Below, one piece after another: positions 30,201 to 37,939 of a stretch of DNA of 64,000 nucleotides. Each line of letters opens with the position of its first letter. Within the stretch, counting starts at the first letter, position 1. The translations under genes were made by a program, and so were the position numbers. The notes beneath the pieces were generated by a model. The model was given only the letters and a program-made list of their open reading frames with translations, was not told the DNA's origin and ran no database searches. This stretch comes from a virus. Where the stretch lies: positions 34,290-98,289 of IMG/VR virus record IMGVR_UViG_3300029913_000009; one strand, given 5' to 3'.

Positions 30201-30319
30201 TACTCAATATCCCCCTTGACAAACCAATTTCCAATTTGGGCTCCCACCGGGAGTATTTCACCCTCACCCTTGTCGCGAACCAAAACTTGGTTATCAATTC
30301 GTACAATAGTCGATGCCAT
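27263..30319 (-). CDS. SNF2-family SF2 helicase fused to a C-terminal class I SAM-dependent methyltransferase (1018 aa), with an N-terminal Cys-rich region
   Basis: Helicase motifs: Walker A LSEAGAGKTST, motif II DEPQ, motif III LMSATP, motif VI EQLHRRIRRIGS. Methyltransferase motifs: motif I ILSLGCGTT, FDLIVS and LAPKG. A leaderless start follows the promoter at 30323-30385. Confidence 0.7.
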   Translation of the reverse strand: MASTIVRIDNQVLVRDKGEGEILPVGAQIGNWFVKGDIEYTYEIPTQTRLCFCGRCKGLNWHHPPGSTLIECGSGFNPALAPDLIQDGKARYEMGARTEEDCLRLWDEKKVIAGALRNPSIEHPEWGNRFNRYNKWGQYLGIPDYITTDELLNLLHSNYIEERLAWTREATHAATVEIRSAFQNLLLAVIGDYGGCLDACAKKLNLSVETLIQRLCDCKNDDERRQLLETPKEPETPKVSPPDTCPKPEDIPTSIKKLDKLMRTYPSGYYGTAANIPEMLIQQMNQLLWMHLEFHGLERLQQCLAECMTDTRKQFTTLFEQVKRYRTENRNWMQAYCVYWFAHSGHLLGFNLSEAGAGKTSTVYAIAKELELENVLILGTKSTIDNDNDNDSQWKLMAKRENEHRQNIFNCRDVFDLKKLESKRRNYVLVTEYTVQNNPDLIDQLSKIRWDMIVTDEPQVFSGSNDDIDSTKRLNHYCRLISAAIQLNPRCLRYLMSATPIRCEAEELIRVLEIVSGDELKNATGEGVSGLLKLRLFLFRNGFRFYINPNLLPIVKPITLGVYEEVELFEDPVVNCVIMAQYQSNILSEGRTILDMEVEMLPRQCEIIESNPVLKKAFVEASCPILYTQFTDTKSNRIVFVLKEWAEKMRPGYPVYIYTGMHKQDKLLKIIKRHKGKCTLIASAPLSVGLDGLQNLSDTMFIMGSPWHYANFEQLHRRIRRIGSPFLNSGVACIVMLAKDAEYHENRWSRLCQRRRSSLVVLDGTIVPINPKRIEQEYLRNKDNILRLSGVEVTPAATVVDITTPLKPRKYTPPRTVMMDVHRLYANSHSATLPPKRQGDLLIATTGRTYNLAEYHAANELTSKAYKLVYDTFVVKSTNLRILSLGCGTTEPKYAQELGLQNVTFVDMLLTEEAYIEYPQILRLDRNATKLPDGSFDLIVSVLSIFRLDYERSIREMARLLAPKGRAIIIESYQSEKAGGKLWVRENLTKAFKLNGLKFKEPKQMPNRHLLFEIRKGR

Positions 30320-30322
30320 TAC

Positions 30323-30385
30323 GTTATAGTACCTGAACTCGCTGGAGTTTGGCTGTAGATTTTAGTAATTATTTTTCGTCCTCAA
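30323..30385 (-). promoter_or_regulatory. variant phage promoter (AGCCAAAC-N9-TTCAGGTACTATA) heading the helicase/MTase - 99 aa - 856 aa operon
   Basis: The motif has a 5-nt gap to the ATG and an upstream AAAATAATTACTAAAAT tract. Confidence 0.55.
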
Positions 30386-30812
30386 ACACGTTAAGCCTCT
30401 TTTCGAGCAAGAGCAATTGCCCAATCGGATGAACCTCAGCCTCAAGTCGTTCAATCTTGCCCCGAAGCTTGAAGTAGTCACGAGTCCACTTCTTGTCGAT
30501 GACGCCATTAGCGTGCTTGAAGCCAAGCCCGTTCACGGCGCATGTGTGCATAGCACAATGCGGACGAAGGTGTGGCGCGACCGTGCAGCCTTTGTCGCCA
30601 TCGAGGTAGTAGGCCCCTCGGTGATTCGTTGGAGGGTACTCTGGAAGGTCAGTGACACCCCATACGTCCTTCGCAATGCTTTTAGTGATGTCACAGGACA
30701 TCTGATCGCAGCAGGAGTGAGGCACACGACAGGAACCTTCGCCCACACCGGCACACTCCGGGGCGGTCAAGTCGGCCATTTTTTGGTACAAAATCACCAG
30801 CTTGTCGCTCAT
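30369..30812 (-). CDS. Cys-rich hypothetical protein (147 aa)
   Basis: ORF track entry with many Cys/His residues. Confidence 0.45.
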   Translation of the reverse strand: MSDKLVILYQKMADLTAPECAGVGEGSCRVPHSCCDQMSCDITKSIAKDVWGVTDLPEYPPTNHRGAYYLDGDKGCTVAPHLRPHCAMHTCAVNGLGFKHANGVIDKKWTRDYFKLRGKIERLEAEVHPIGQLLLLEKRLNVFEDEK

Positions 30813-31147
30813 CGAATCAGCTTGTACGCTTTCTCGGCGGAGTTGACGAAACTAACAACGTCAGGGTTGAGTTTGACTTTACCACTGGTGATAGCTGGGT
30901 CATCACGTAGCGTACGCAGAACGGTCAGGCAGTTCTCAATCAGTTGCCGCAGGTCTCTTACTTCATCGGAGACTAATCTCATCAAGACGCTCCTTCGCTT
31001 TCAGTTCCAGTCCTAGTGCGTTGGCAACGATGCTACCAATTTGCATGTAGCCAATGTCGGCAAGGGTAATACGAACCTTTGTGCTGCCCTCCAGCTTCAC
31101 GACAACCCCACCCGTGAGGAGTTGCCTCAAATCGCGTCCTTCGAGAA

Positions 31148-31432
31148 CTACTCTTGCTTCGGCCATATTCTCATCTCGGGTATAACGATCCTGTTAGTGC
31201 CTCGATCAACATTGATTCGGTTGACCTCATGACAGACCGGGCAGGGTAATGTGAGGAACTCAGCACCTTCGGTGTCCCGGTGGGATGTGCCCTCGCTGTA
31301 CTTAAAGGACACTATGGTTCCACACTTGCACTGAAGTGTGTATATTTTCTCAGGTGCTTGTGGTTTCCTTTGTTTGACGATAATCACTGTGTTCCTCCTT
31401 TGGAAATTCTGGCACTTCCACCGGAGACGCAA
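31148..31432 (-). CDS. zinc-ribbon protein (CKCG...CPVC)
   Basis: C4 ribbon motif. Confidence 0.4.
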   Translation of the reverse strand: MRLRWKCQNFQRRNTVIIVKQRKPQAPEKIYTLQCKCGTIVSFKYSEGTSHRDTEGAEFLTLPCPVCHEVNRINVDRGTNRIVIPEMRIWPKQE

Positions 31433-31994
31433 TCAACCACGAGTCCTGAATGCGGAAATTCGTCTCAGCCAGTCTCCGCTGGGCCTCAGATTTTCGAGCG
31501 GCTACGGCGTCTTCCAGCCGCTTCTTGCGAAGGCGCAAACCGGCTTGGAGAACCCTCACCCACATGAGAAGGAACGTAACAAATATCATGATGATGAGGG
31601 CGGTAACTGCACTCTCTACGATGTTCATGTTATCCTTTCACAAGCTCGACAAGCTCACCGAATAGACTCTCCACATCAGACCAACCGCAGCCGGACCCGT
31701 GCTGATATGCGATGCTGTACGCTTTGGCGAATTTGGGGTGTGTTTGAGGGAGGTCATACTCCTCGGCGATGAGCCTCTTGAACTCCTCCACTTCCAGCGC
31801 CTGTTGTTTGTGCCAAATCTCGCGACGTTGGCGTTCGAGAACTTTACGCGCCTCCCGCAGTTCAGCCTCATGCTTCTTGCTGTCCTCCACTTTGATGGCT
31901 TCGGTCAGTGTAGCGATGGATTTTACAATCTCGGTGAGTTCCTCATCGAGAAGCTTCAGCGTCGGAGCCAGCTTCACTCTGATTTGGTCGTAAA

Positions 31995-32669
31995 TCACTT
32001 TGTCACCGCTTTCAGCGTTGTTGCCAGTGCGTGTTTGAATTTGGCAATCGTGCAGCCGCGTTCACCACCGGGAGCAAATAGCTTTCTGGTAAATGCCTCG
32101 AAGTCAGGTGCAACCGCAGCACCTACCGCCTCGGGCGTTACAAGCTCCACCACGCCCTCGTTGATGTTGAATTGAACGACAGGCTGGAGTTCTCCATTCT
32201 CGTTCTCAGAAGTCTCCCCATTGAAAAGCTGACTCTTTAACTTCAGAAAAGAAAATGCAGCGGCGATAAGGCTCCACTCATTGAACACATTCTCAACAGA
32301 CGGCCACTTGCCGATATTGTAGTTGTTGCATCCAATGTGTCCCTCCCAATCGCACCAGCCGTGTGGTCCGCCGATGTAGGAAGAGACAATCTGTGAGTTG
32401 TGCAGGTAGTCAAGCGGAAGTACCTTGTACTTGCTCTCAGCCGCTTGCATGGACTTCCACTCCGGCCATGGGTAATCGGCCTCAAGTTCGATGTCTGCTG
32501 CTTTGTACAGGTCGCGCAGGAATGCCTTGTCGTTCGAGGAAAAGTGGAGACTCGCGGTGCGGATGATAATCTCCTCCGCCTGTTCAAGAGTCACGGGTTC
32601 GCCCACTACGAGCAACCCCGGCCATTTGGGGAGACCGCGAGTGAGAAGAAGTTCGGTTTCACTTGTCAT
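31995..32669 (-). CDS. hypothetical protein (224 aa)
   Basis: ORF track entry. Confidence 0.45.
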   Translation of the reverse strand: MTSETELLLTRGLPKWPGLLVVGEPVTLEQAEEIIIRTASLHFSSNDKAFLRDLYKAADIELEADYPWPEWKSMQAAESKYKVLPLDYLHNSQIVSSYIGGPHGWCDWEGHIGCNNYNIGKWPSVENVFNEWSLIAAAFSFLKLKSQLFNGETSENENGELQPVVQFNINEGVVELVTPEAVGAAVAPDFEAFTRKLFAPGGERGCTIAKFKHALATTLKAVTK

Positions 32670-33018
32670 TGTTCATCGACTCCAAAAGCTTAGTCCACTT
32701 CTCACTCGGAGGGGCATTTCCTTCGCCACTCTCCAGAGCCTTGAGAATCTCGACATACTCCGTAGGATAAGAGAAGTAGATGGTTGCGTACGTGCAGTCG
32801 AAGTCGTCGTCCTCGTCACGCAGGTAGTTGGCATGGTTGGAGAAATCGGGCATGTAGTCTTCCCGATTCCCGCCGCCGTTGCGCGTGTAGACCGCGATGG
32901 TGCCATCCTTCAGGTAGCAGTCGCGGAATCGCCCGACATCACCGGGGTTCAGACCAAGACAGGCCAGATAGACATGAGCGCGTGGGTTCTGGCCGAAGAG
33001 CAAATTGTAGAGACCCAT
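32659..33018 (-). CDS. hypothetical protein (119 aa)
   Basis: ORF track entry. Confidence 0.45.
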   Translation of the reverse strand: MGLYNLLFGQNPRAHVYLACLGLNPGDVGRFRDCYLKDGTIAVYTRNGGGNREDYMPDFSNHANYLRDEDDDFDCTYATIYFSYPTEYVEILKALESGEGNAPPSEKWTKLLESMNNDK

Positions 33019-33020
33019 GA

Positions 33021-34295
33021 TTACCTTTCCGCTTCGCTCTTGACGAAGGCTGCTGTTTCCTGCACCCCGGATTCGAACTTAGCGAAGCCGAGTGCCTGTT
33101 CGCGGGTGGTCAATGTGCCGTTTAATTGACCGAACTCCACCGCCCTTAAAACCGTGGTGAACATCGGCCCCGGCGTGAATCCCATCTCTATCAAATCCCG
33201 GCCAGAGACAAACGGTGATGGGCGTATGTCTTCCGGCGTTAATGCCCTGTACCGCAGTACTGCATCCATCCCTGCCTCTACACCGTTTGCAAAGCCCAAA
33301 CCTATGTTCTGCTCGAACAGGTCTACTGCATACGGCAGTACACCCTTCTCACGAGCCAACAGCTTGGTACCAGCCGGAGAGCCAATTGAACCTATGGCTT
33401 CCTGATTTCTAACCGCACCCAAGATGGCGTCACGTTCATCCGTAGACAGCTTGAAGCTGTCGCAGGTCAACGCTGCCATCTCGTTGGTCTGAGTATCAGC
33501 CAGCAACATCGCCAGACCCATCACGGGGTCGGTTGTTTGGAACATAGCGAACCGCTCCAGTGTAAAGGCGAAGCGCGTATCGGAAACACCGTCAGGCAGC
33601 AGACGACGCAGCAAACCAGTAGACGCCAACGCCGCCAACCCTCTGGCAGCGAACTTGGATGTGGTCAGCTTCTTCAACTCCTCCGCAACACGTTCGCGGG
33701 AGACGTTGACTATGCTGTCCACGTTCGCCTGTAGGGCCTTGAAGGTTTCCGCCTCTATCTCGAAGCCTAACTGACCAACGAAGCGAACCGCACGCAACAT
33801 CCGCAATGCATCTTCTTTGAAGCGCGTGTCGGCATTGCCGATACACCGGATGACCCGGTTTTCGATGTCATCCCTGCCGCCCACGTAGTCGAGGACGCCG
33901 AGACTGTAATCGGTCATGAGGGCATCAAACGGATTGGCTATCAGGAGCCCGTTCATGGTGAAGTCCCGCCGCTTTACATCTTCCTCGGCGGAATTGCTGT
34001 AGGTAACCTCATCGGGGCGACGGCCATCGCTGTAGGCACCGTCAGCACGATAGGTGGCGACCTCAAACTGAAACCCTCCCACCATCACCACCACGACGCC
34101 GAATGCAGCACCGACTGGTATGGTCTTATCAAACAGGGGAGTGACCTGCTCTGGACGGGCATTGGTTGTGATATCAAAATCCTTAGGAGTCCGTCCCATC
34201 ACAAAGTCACGAACACAACCACCAGCAAAGTAGGCTTCAAATCCTGCCTTGCGGAGGGTGTTCAACACGAATTCAGCGGCTTCTCTCATGTCCAT
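33021..34295 (-). CDS. cca: tRNA nucleotidyltransferase (CCA-adding enzyme) / poly(A) polymerase family
   Basis: N-terminal GGCVRDFVMGRTPKDFDITT and RDFTMNGL motifs of the class II Pol-beta nucleotidyltransferase head. Leaderless start after a promoter copy. Confidence 0.8.
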   Translation of the reverse strand: MDMREAAEFVLNTLRKAGFEAYFAGGCVRDFVMGRTPKDFDITTNARPEQVTPLFDKTIPVGAAFGVVVVMVGGFQFEVATYRADGAYSDGRRPDEVTYSNSAEEDVKRRDFTMNGLLIANPFDALMTDYSLGVLDYVGGRDDIENRVIRCIGNADTRFKEDALRMLRAVRFVGQLGFEIEAETFKALQANVDSIVNVSRERVAEELKKLTTSKFAARGLAALASTGLLRRLLPDGVSDTRFAFTLERFAMFQTTDPVMGLAMLLADTQTNEMAALTCDSFKLSTDERDAILGAVRNQEAIGSIGSPAGTKLLAREKGVLPYAVDLFEQNIGLGFANGVEAGMDAVLRYRALTPEDIRPSPFVSGRDLIEMGFTPGPMFTTVLRAVEFGQLNGTLTTREQALGFAKFESGVQETAAFVKSEAER

Positions 34296-34352
34296 GTCTC
34301 TAGTATACCGGGAGTGTAGGTGTTTTGGCTAGGTTTCCCAAGGATTTTTTGG
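34296..34352 (-). promoter_or_regulatory. phage promoter copy (CTAGCCAAAAC-N9-CCCGGTATACTA)
   Basis: Conserved motif with the ATG 5 nt downstream. Confidence 0.65.
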
Positions 34353-34555
34353 TGCTCTTCCCCGGCGAGTCCTAGCTTTAGCCTGTAGGCCAGCCACAAA
34401 TAGGGCGGTCTTGTAGGGGTCAGGCTTGTACTCAGGTTTGGGTTTGGGTTGATGTGCGTGGCATAATTTGGAGCCCTCGATGGCGTGGTTCTTGCATTGT
34501 CGAAGGCGATTGAAATTCAAGCCGGTGGTCATTACTTGCTTATTGCAGTAAGGCA

Positions 34556-35014
34556 TCATTGGCCTCCCGGCACTCGCAGATTGAAGTATTCGTCGCCACG
34601 GTCTGATGTCAAACAAAACCGGGTGTCAGCACCATGCTTGATGATGAGACTGGCGATGAATTCCCGGTAGTCGGCCAGCGTGGTCTCATGTCCGGTGACC
34701 TTAAGAGTCGTCCACACGATGCCGGGTGTGGAAATCATGACCTCTAGGTTGTTATTCTGAAACACCAACAAGCCGGGGTTTTGCTCCAGCCGGTAAAGAC
34801 GCCAAGCCCTCGCGGCAAGGCTTTCGCCGCCGTGGATTTGATGGGTCTCATTGTCAATGAGTCGCTCTACGACCTGCTCGAAAAGGTGTAGATTGACGGC
34901 CAAGCCAAAAATTAGATTGACGGCCAAGCCAAAAATTTCAGCGTACTTTACTCCCATCTCTTTGACGGTTTCGGGAGTGGCTTCGGGTAGTTGGTTGTAA
35001 ACGTCCAATATCAT
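34556..35014 (-). CDS. hypothetical protein (152 aa) containing a perfect in-frame 24-bp tandem duplication (IFGLAVNL x2)
   Basis: DNA 34889-34912 is identical to 34913-34936. Confidence 0.45.
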   Translation of the reverse strand: MILDVYNQLPEATPETVKEMGVKYAEIFGLAVNLIFGLAVNLHLFEQVVERLIDNETHQIHGGESLAARAWRLYRLEQNPGLLVFQNNNLEVMISTPGIVWTTLKVTGHETTLADYREFIASLIIKHGADTRFCLTSDRGDEYFNLRVPGGQ

Positions 35015-35148
35015 GCGTTTCTCACTTTACAGAAGGATGCGGCCAGCCGCGTTTGTCGAACTCCTGAATAGCGAGAGCCTTCGCCTGTTCAAAGCTAAGC
35101 TCTCGCTCTCTCCGGTACATCCTAATCACGTCGAGGATGTTCGGCGGA

Positions 35149-35514
35149 TTAGAAGCTGAAGTCATAGTATTTGTCGCGCCTGCCGACGATGAGTCCGGAT
35201 GTTCTGCCCTTCTCGGTGAAGCTGCCATTCTTGCGTCGGGTGAAAGTGATGATGGGGTTGTTGGTGTTGGGGGTGTAGTCATAGTCTTGGTCTTCGCTCA
35301 TGCCGTTCTTGTCGGTGCGTACCGCGTCATCTTCCTGTACCCGAATCACGCTGGCGGTGCCCTTGTTCGGGCCGCTCTTGAATAGTTCCACGCCGACGAT
35401 GGTTGCCGGATAGCGGTCGCTGTACATGGTGATGGTCGCTCCCATGCCAACTTCAGGGTGGGCTGGTTTAGCCGACTCCATAATCCGGTTCATCAAGTTG
35501 CCATAAACCTTCAT
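35149..35514 (-). CDS. hypothetical protein (121 aa)
   Basis: Promoter copy plus a GGAGGA Shine-Dalgarno site upstream. Confidence 0.5.
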   Translation of the reverse strand: MKVYGNLMNRIMESAKPAHPEVGMGATITMYSDRYPATIVGVELFKSGPNKGTASVIRVQEDDAVRTDKNGMSEDQDYDYTPNTNNPIITFTRRKNGSFTEKGRTSGLIVGRRDKYYDFSF

Positions 35515-35528
35515 GTAAATCCTCCACT

Positions 35529-35590
35529 GTTAGTATATCGGGAGTGTATAGGTTTTGGCTAGTTTTTGTGAAATATTTTTGACCAGTCGG
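35529..35590 (-). promoter_or_regulatory. phage promoter copy (CTAGCCAAAAC-N10-CCCGATATACTA) with Shine-Dalgarno leader
   Basis: Conserved motif. Confidence 0.65.
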
Positions 35591-35712
35591 TGGTACAGGT
35601 GATGTAAACCAGTTCCACAAGGAAAATGATGATGAACGTCCGCCAGTAAGCGGCCCAGTCGAACTTCTCCTTGCGGGTAACGGTCACCTTGCCGCCGAAC
35701 AAGTTGAGTTTC

Positions 35713-36069
35713 TTAAGCATAGGGGAGTTCTCCAGTCTCGGCAAATTGTTGCAGCAGAGGCAGGAGTTCCCTTACCATGTCCTGCGTCAGGTGCATCCGG
35801 TCTGTGCAGACAGTACCTTCCGGCAGAGGTACAGGCGTCCAACCTTTGCCGGGGATGCAGACCTGAGGGTTGGCATTATTGACTCCAAACCAGATGGCTG
35901 CTTCGGTCGCGAGGCTACTCTCTTGTAACGAGCACTGAATCCCGTACCTGTCGGTGAACTCGATACGGCTGAAACCGCGAGGTGTCATTCTGAGTTCCAG
36001 AATCCCCTTCTTTGTGACTGTGGGGTCTGGTGTTGAGCCCGGTTCCTTTTCTATCTTCATTTGTGGCAT
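35713..36069 (-). CDS. hypothetical protein (118 aa)
   Basis: GGAGATAAATTCC Shine-Dalgarno site before the ATG at 36069. Confidence 0.4.
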   Translation of the reverse strand: MPQMKIEKEPGSTPDPTVTKKGILELRMTPRGFSRIEFTDRYGIQCSLQESSLATEAAIWFGVNNANPQVCIPGKGWTPVPLPEGTVCTDRMHLTQDMVRELLPLLQQFAETGELPYA

Positions 36070-36502
36070 GGAATTTATCTCCTTTTTTCAAATTGCAGGG
36101 TGAGCACATCGTTTGCAGGTTGCTCTCCAAATCCTTGCCTCCTTTGGAGACGGGAATGATGTGGTCTTTGGTCATCAGAACATAGGTGCCATTGTCCGGA
36201 TTGAGGGCGTAGAGATTGAAGTGTGGTCGAACATGACCTTGCTGGTGGTAGCTATACTCCAGACGCATCACAGAGCCTACAAGGCCGCAGGAGCAGCATA
36301 CCAGCGACTTGGCGAAGGTAGCGTAGCGTAGGCTGTCCATGTGGACACTGAAGGGGAAGTCTCCGGCATAGAAAATAACCTCATGGTTGCCCCGGAGAGG
36401 TAACACATCTTCCGGTGCGAACTCCGCGACTACGCACATGCCCCGCCAGCCTCGGCTCATGATTTCACCCGAAGAGCGAAGAGCATGATTAGGAGGCAGC
36501 AA
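35915..36502 (-). CDS. HNH endonuclease (DHIIPVSKGG...NLQTMCSPCNLKKGDK)
   Basis: Canonical HNH motif. The C-terminal tail overlaps the next ORF. Confidence 0.65.
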   Translation of the reverse strand: MLPPNHALRSSGEIMSRGWRGMCVVAEFAPEDVLPLRGNHEVIFYAGDFPFSVHMDSLRYATFAKSLVCCSCGLVGSVMRLEYSYHQQGHVRPHFNLYALNPDNGTYVLMTKDHIIPVSKGGKDLESNLQTMCSPCNLKKGDKFHATNEDRKGTGLNTRPHSHKEGDSGTQNDTSRFQPYRVHRQVRDSVLVTRE

Positions 36503-36853
36503 AGGCCGAGAAAACCAAAGACCAGCCGATTCTGCAAAGTAAAGCTGGGTGCCACCGCCGCGAGGGCGATGAGCATCAAGCCGCTGATGGCGTTCCCACC
36601 AGCTAGAAACCGACGAAGGGATGCCCCTCGTTGTTTCATCTGTGCGAGTTCATATTCATAATCACGACTCACTTTTTCATCCCCTTGGCAGTGAAACCGA
36701 TGCTGAAACAATAGATGGAAGAGAGGCCAAGAAGCGAGTACATCAACACAGCGTCGAAGGGGTTGACTGGGGGTTTGAATATGAACAGGAACACAAAGAG
36801 GGCGAACCCAAAGATGAATCCCATTCCCGCGACAAATGCTCGAAGTATTCCCA

Positions 36854-37195
36854 TCATAAACGGCTCCCGCTCATGATGGTCTTTGCGATAACGCTGCCCC
36901 CTGCATCCACACTGCCTCCCACATTACCGCACTGAATGCTACCTCCGGCGTCGGCATCCCCGCCGACACTCTCACACTGAATGCTACCTCCGGCATCAAC
37001 ATTCCCCGTGACATTTCCATGAACGGTCACGCTGCTATCGGTGGTTAACGAAGTCAGGTCGCCATGAACCTCAATACGAATGAGGGTTTCCTTTACTTCA
37101 GTCAGTTGTTTGCCACCAACAGACACACGTCCGTTGATGATGCTGATTGTGCCTGCACTTTCAAAGATGACGCCGTTGATTTCAATACGATTCAT
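36854..37195 (-). CDS. beta-helical repeat protein, bactofilin-like (repeats GGDADAGGSIQC / GGSVDAGGSV)
   Basis: Tandem short repeats typical of polymer-forming beta-helix proteins. Confidence 0.35.
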   Translation of the reverse strand: MNRIEINGVIFESAGTISIINGRVSVGGKQLTEVKETLIRIEVHGDLTSLTTDSSVTVHGNVTGNVDAGGSIQCESVGGDADAGGSIQCGNVGGSVDAGGSVIAKTIMSGSRL

Positions 37196-37372
37196 GTTTG
37201 CCCCCGTCGTCCTTTTTCATAACCTCTCCATCTTCACGTAGGGCAGTCGTTCGGAACCTTTGCAACGACCGATGCCCTCGGGCTTATTGTGGGGTGTGAC
37301 CACCCCGGTGACTGTTACCGGCTGTGCTGTCTTACAAACCGGGCAGAGCTTTTCACTCGCCATCAATCAACC

Positions 37373-37702
37373 TCACAACTTAACTTTACCTGAACCTTTG
37401 CAATCAGGACATTCAATAGCCTTAAGCGGCTGTCTCTTCTTCCCAGTTGCTGACATAATCTTTCCATCCCCATTGCAGGTCAGGCATTGCACTGGATTGA
37501 AAGCCCCCGGCCCAACCTCGGCTGTTGGGTTTTCCTTTTCGGCCTCTTCTATCTCCACCAGATAGGCAAAGGCGGTTTGAAAGGGAGCACCGTAACAGTT
37601 GATACCAATGGGATTCCGACGCTTCATTTCATGCCAGACCGAACGTATGACTTCAGCCAACTCACCCCATGTGAGTTTAGTGTAGTCCAATCGGTTAGTC
37701 AT
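37373..37702 (-). CDS. protein with DnaJ-type CxxCxGxG zinc finger (CLTCNGDGK, CPDCKGSGK)
   Basis: Two CxxCxGxG repeats. Confidence 0.45.
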   Translation of the reverse strand: MTNRLDYTKLTWGELAEVIRSVWHEMKRRNPIGINCYGAPFQTAFAYLVEIEEAEKENPTAEVGPGAFNPVQCLTCNGDGKIMSATGKKRQPLKAIECPDCKGSGKVKL

Positions 37703-37939
37703 TTGCTTTTCCCCTGCTCAAACGCTTCAGGTAGACGGTTTCGATGAGTCTCCATATTAGCGTCCGCTCAATCATCTCTTGAGGGGTCTTGGAGCGGCGG
37801 AACTCCATCTCCGCCTCATACTCCATGTCTCGCAGTGTCGCCAGCGGGAGACCGTTCAGCATTTCTTCGGCCAGATTATCACTGGGTTTGTCCCCCAGTT
37901 TCAAGAAGTCATCTTCAGGCATTGGGATTCCCTTGCAGG

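Noticed and set aside
35022-35282. ORF 35022-35282 (86 aa, Pro/Thr/Ser-rich) as a separate gene.
   Set aside because: It overlaps the promoter- and Shine-Dalgarno-supported gene 35149-35514 by 134 nt in another frame and has a low-complexity translation. It is probably spurious.
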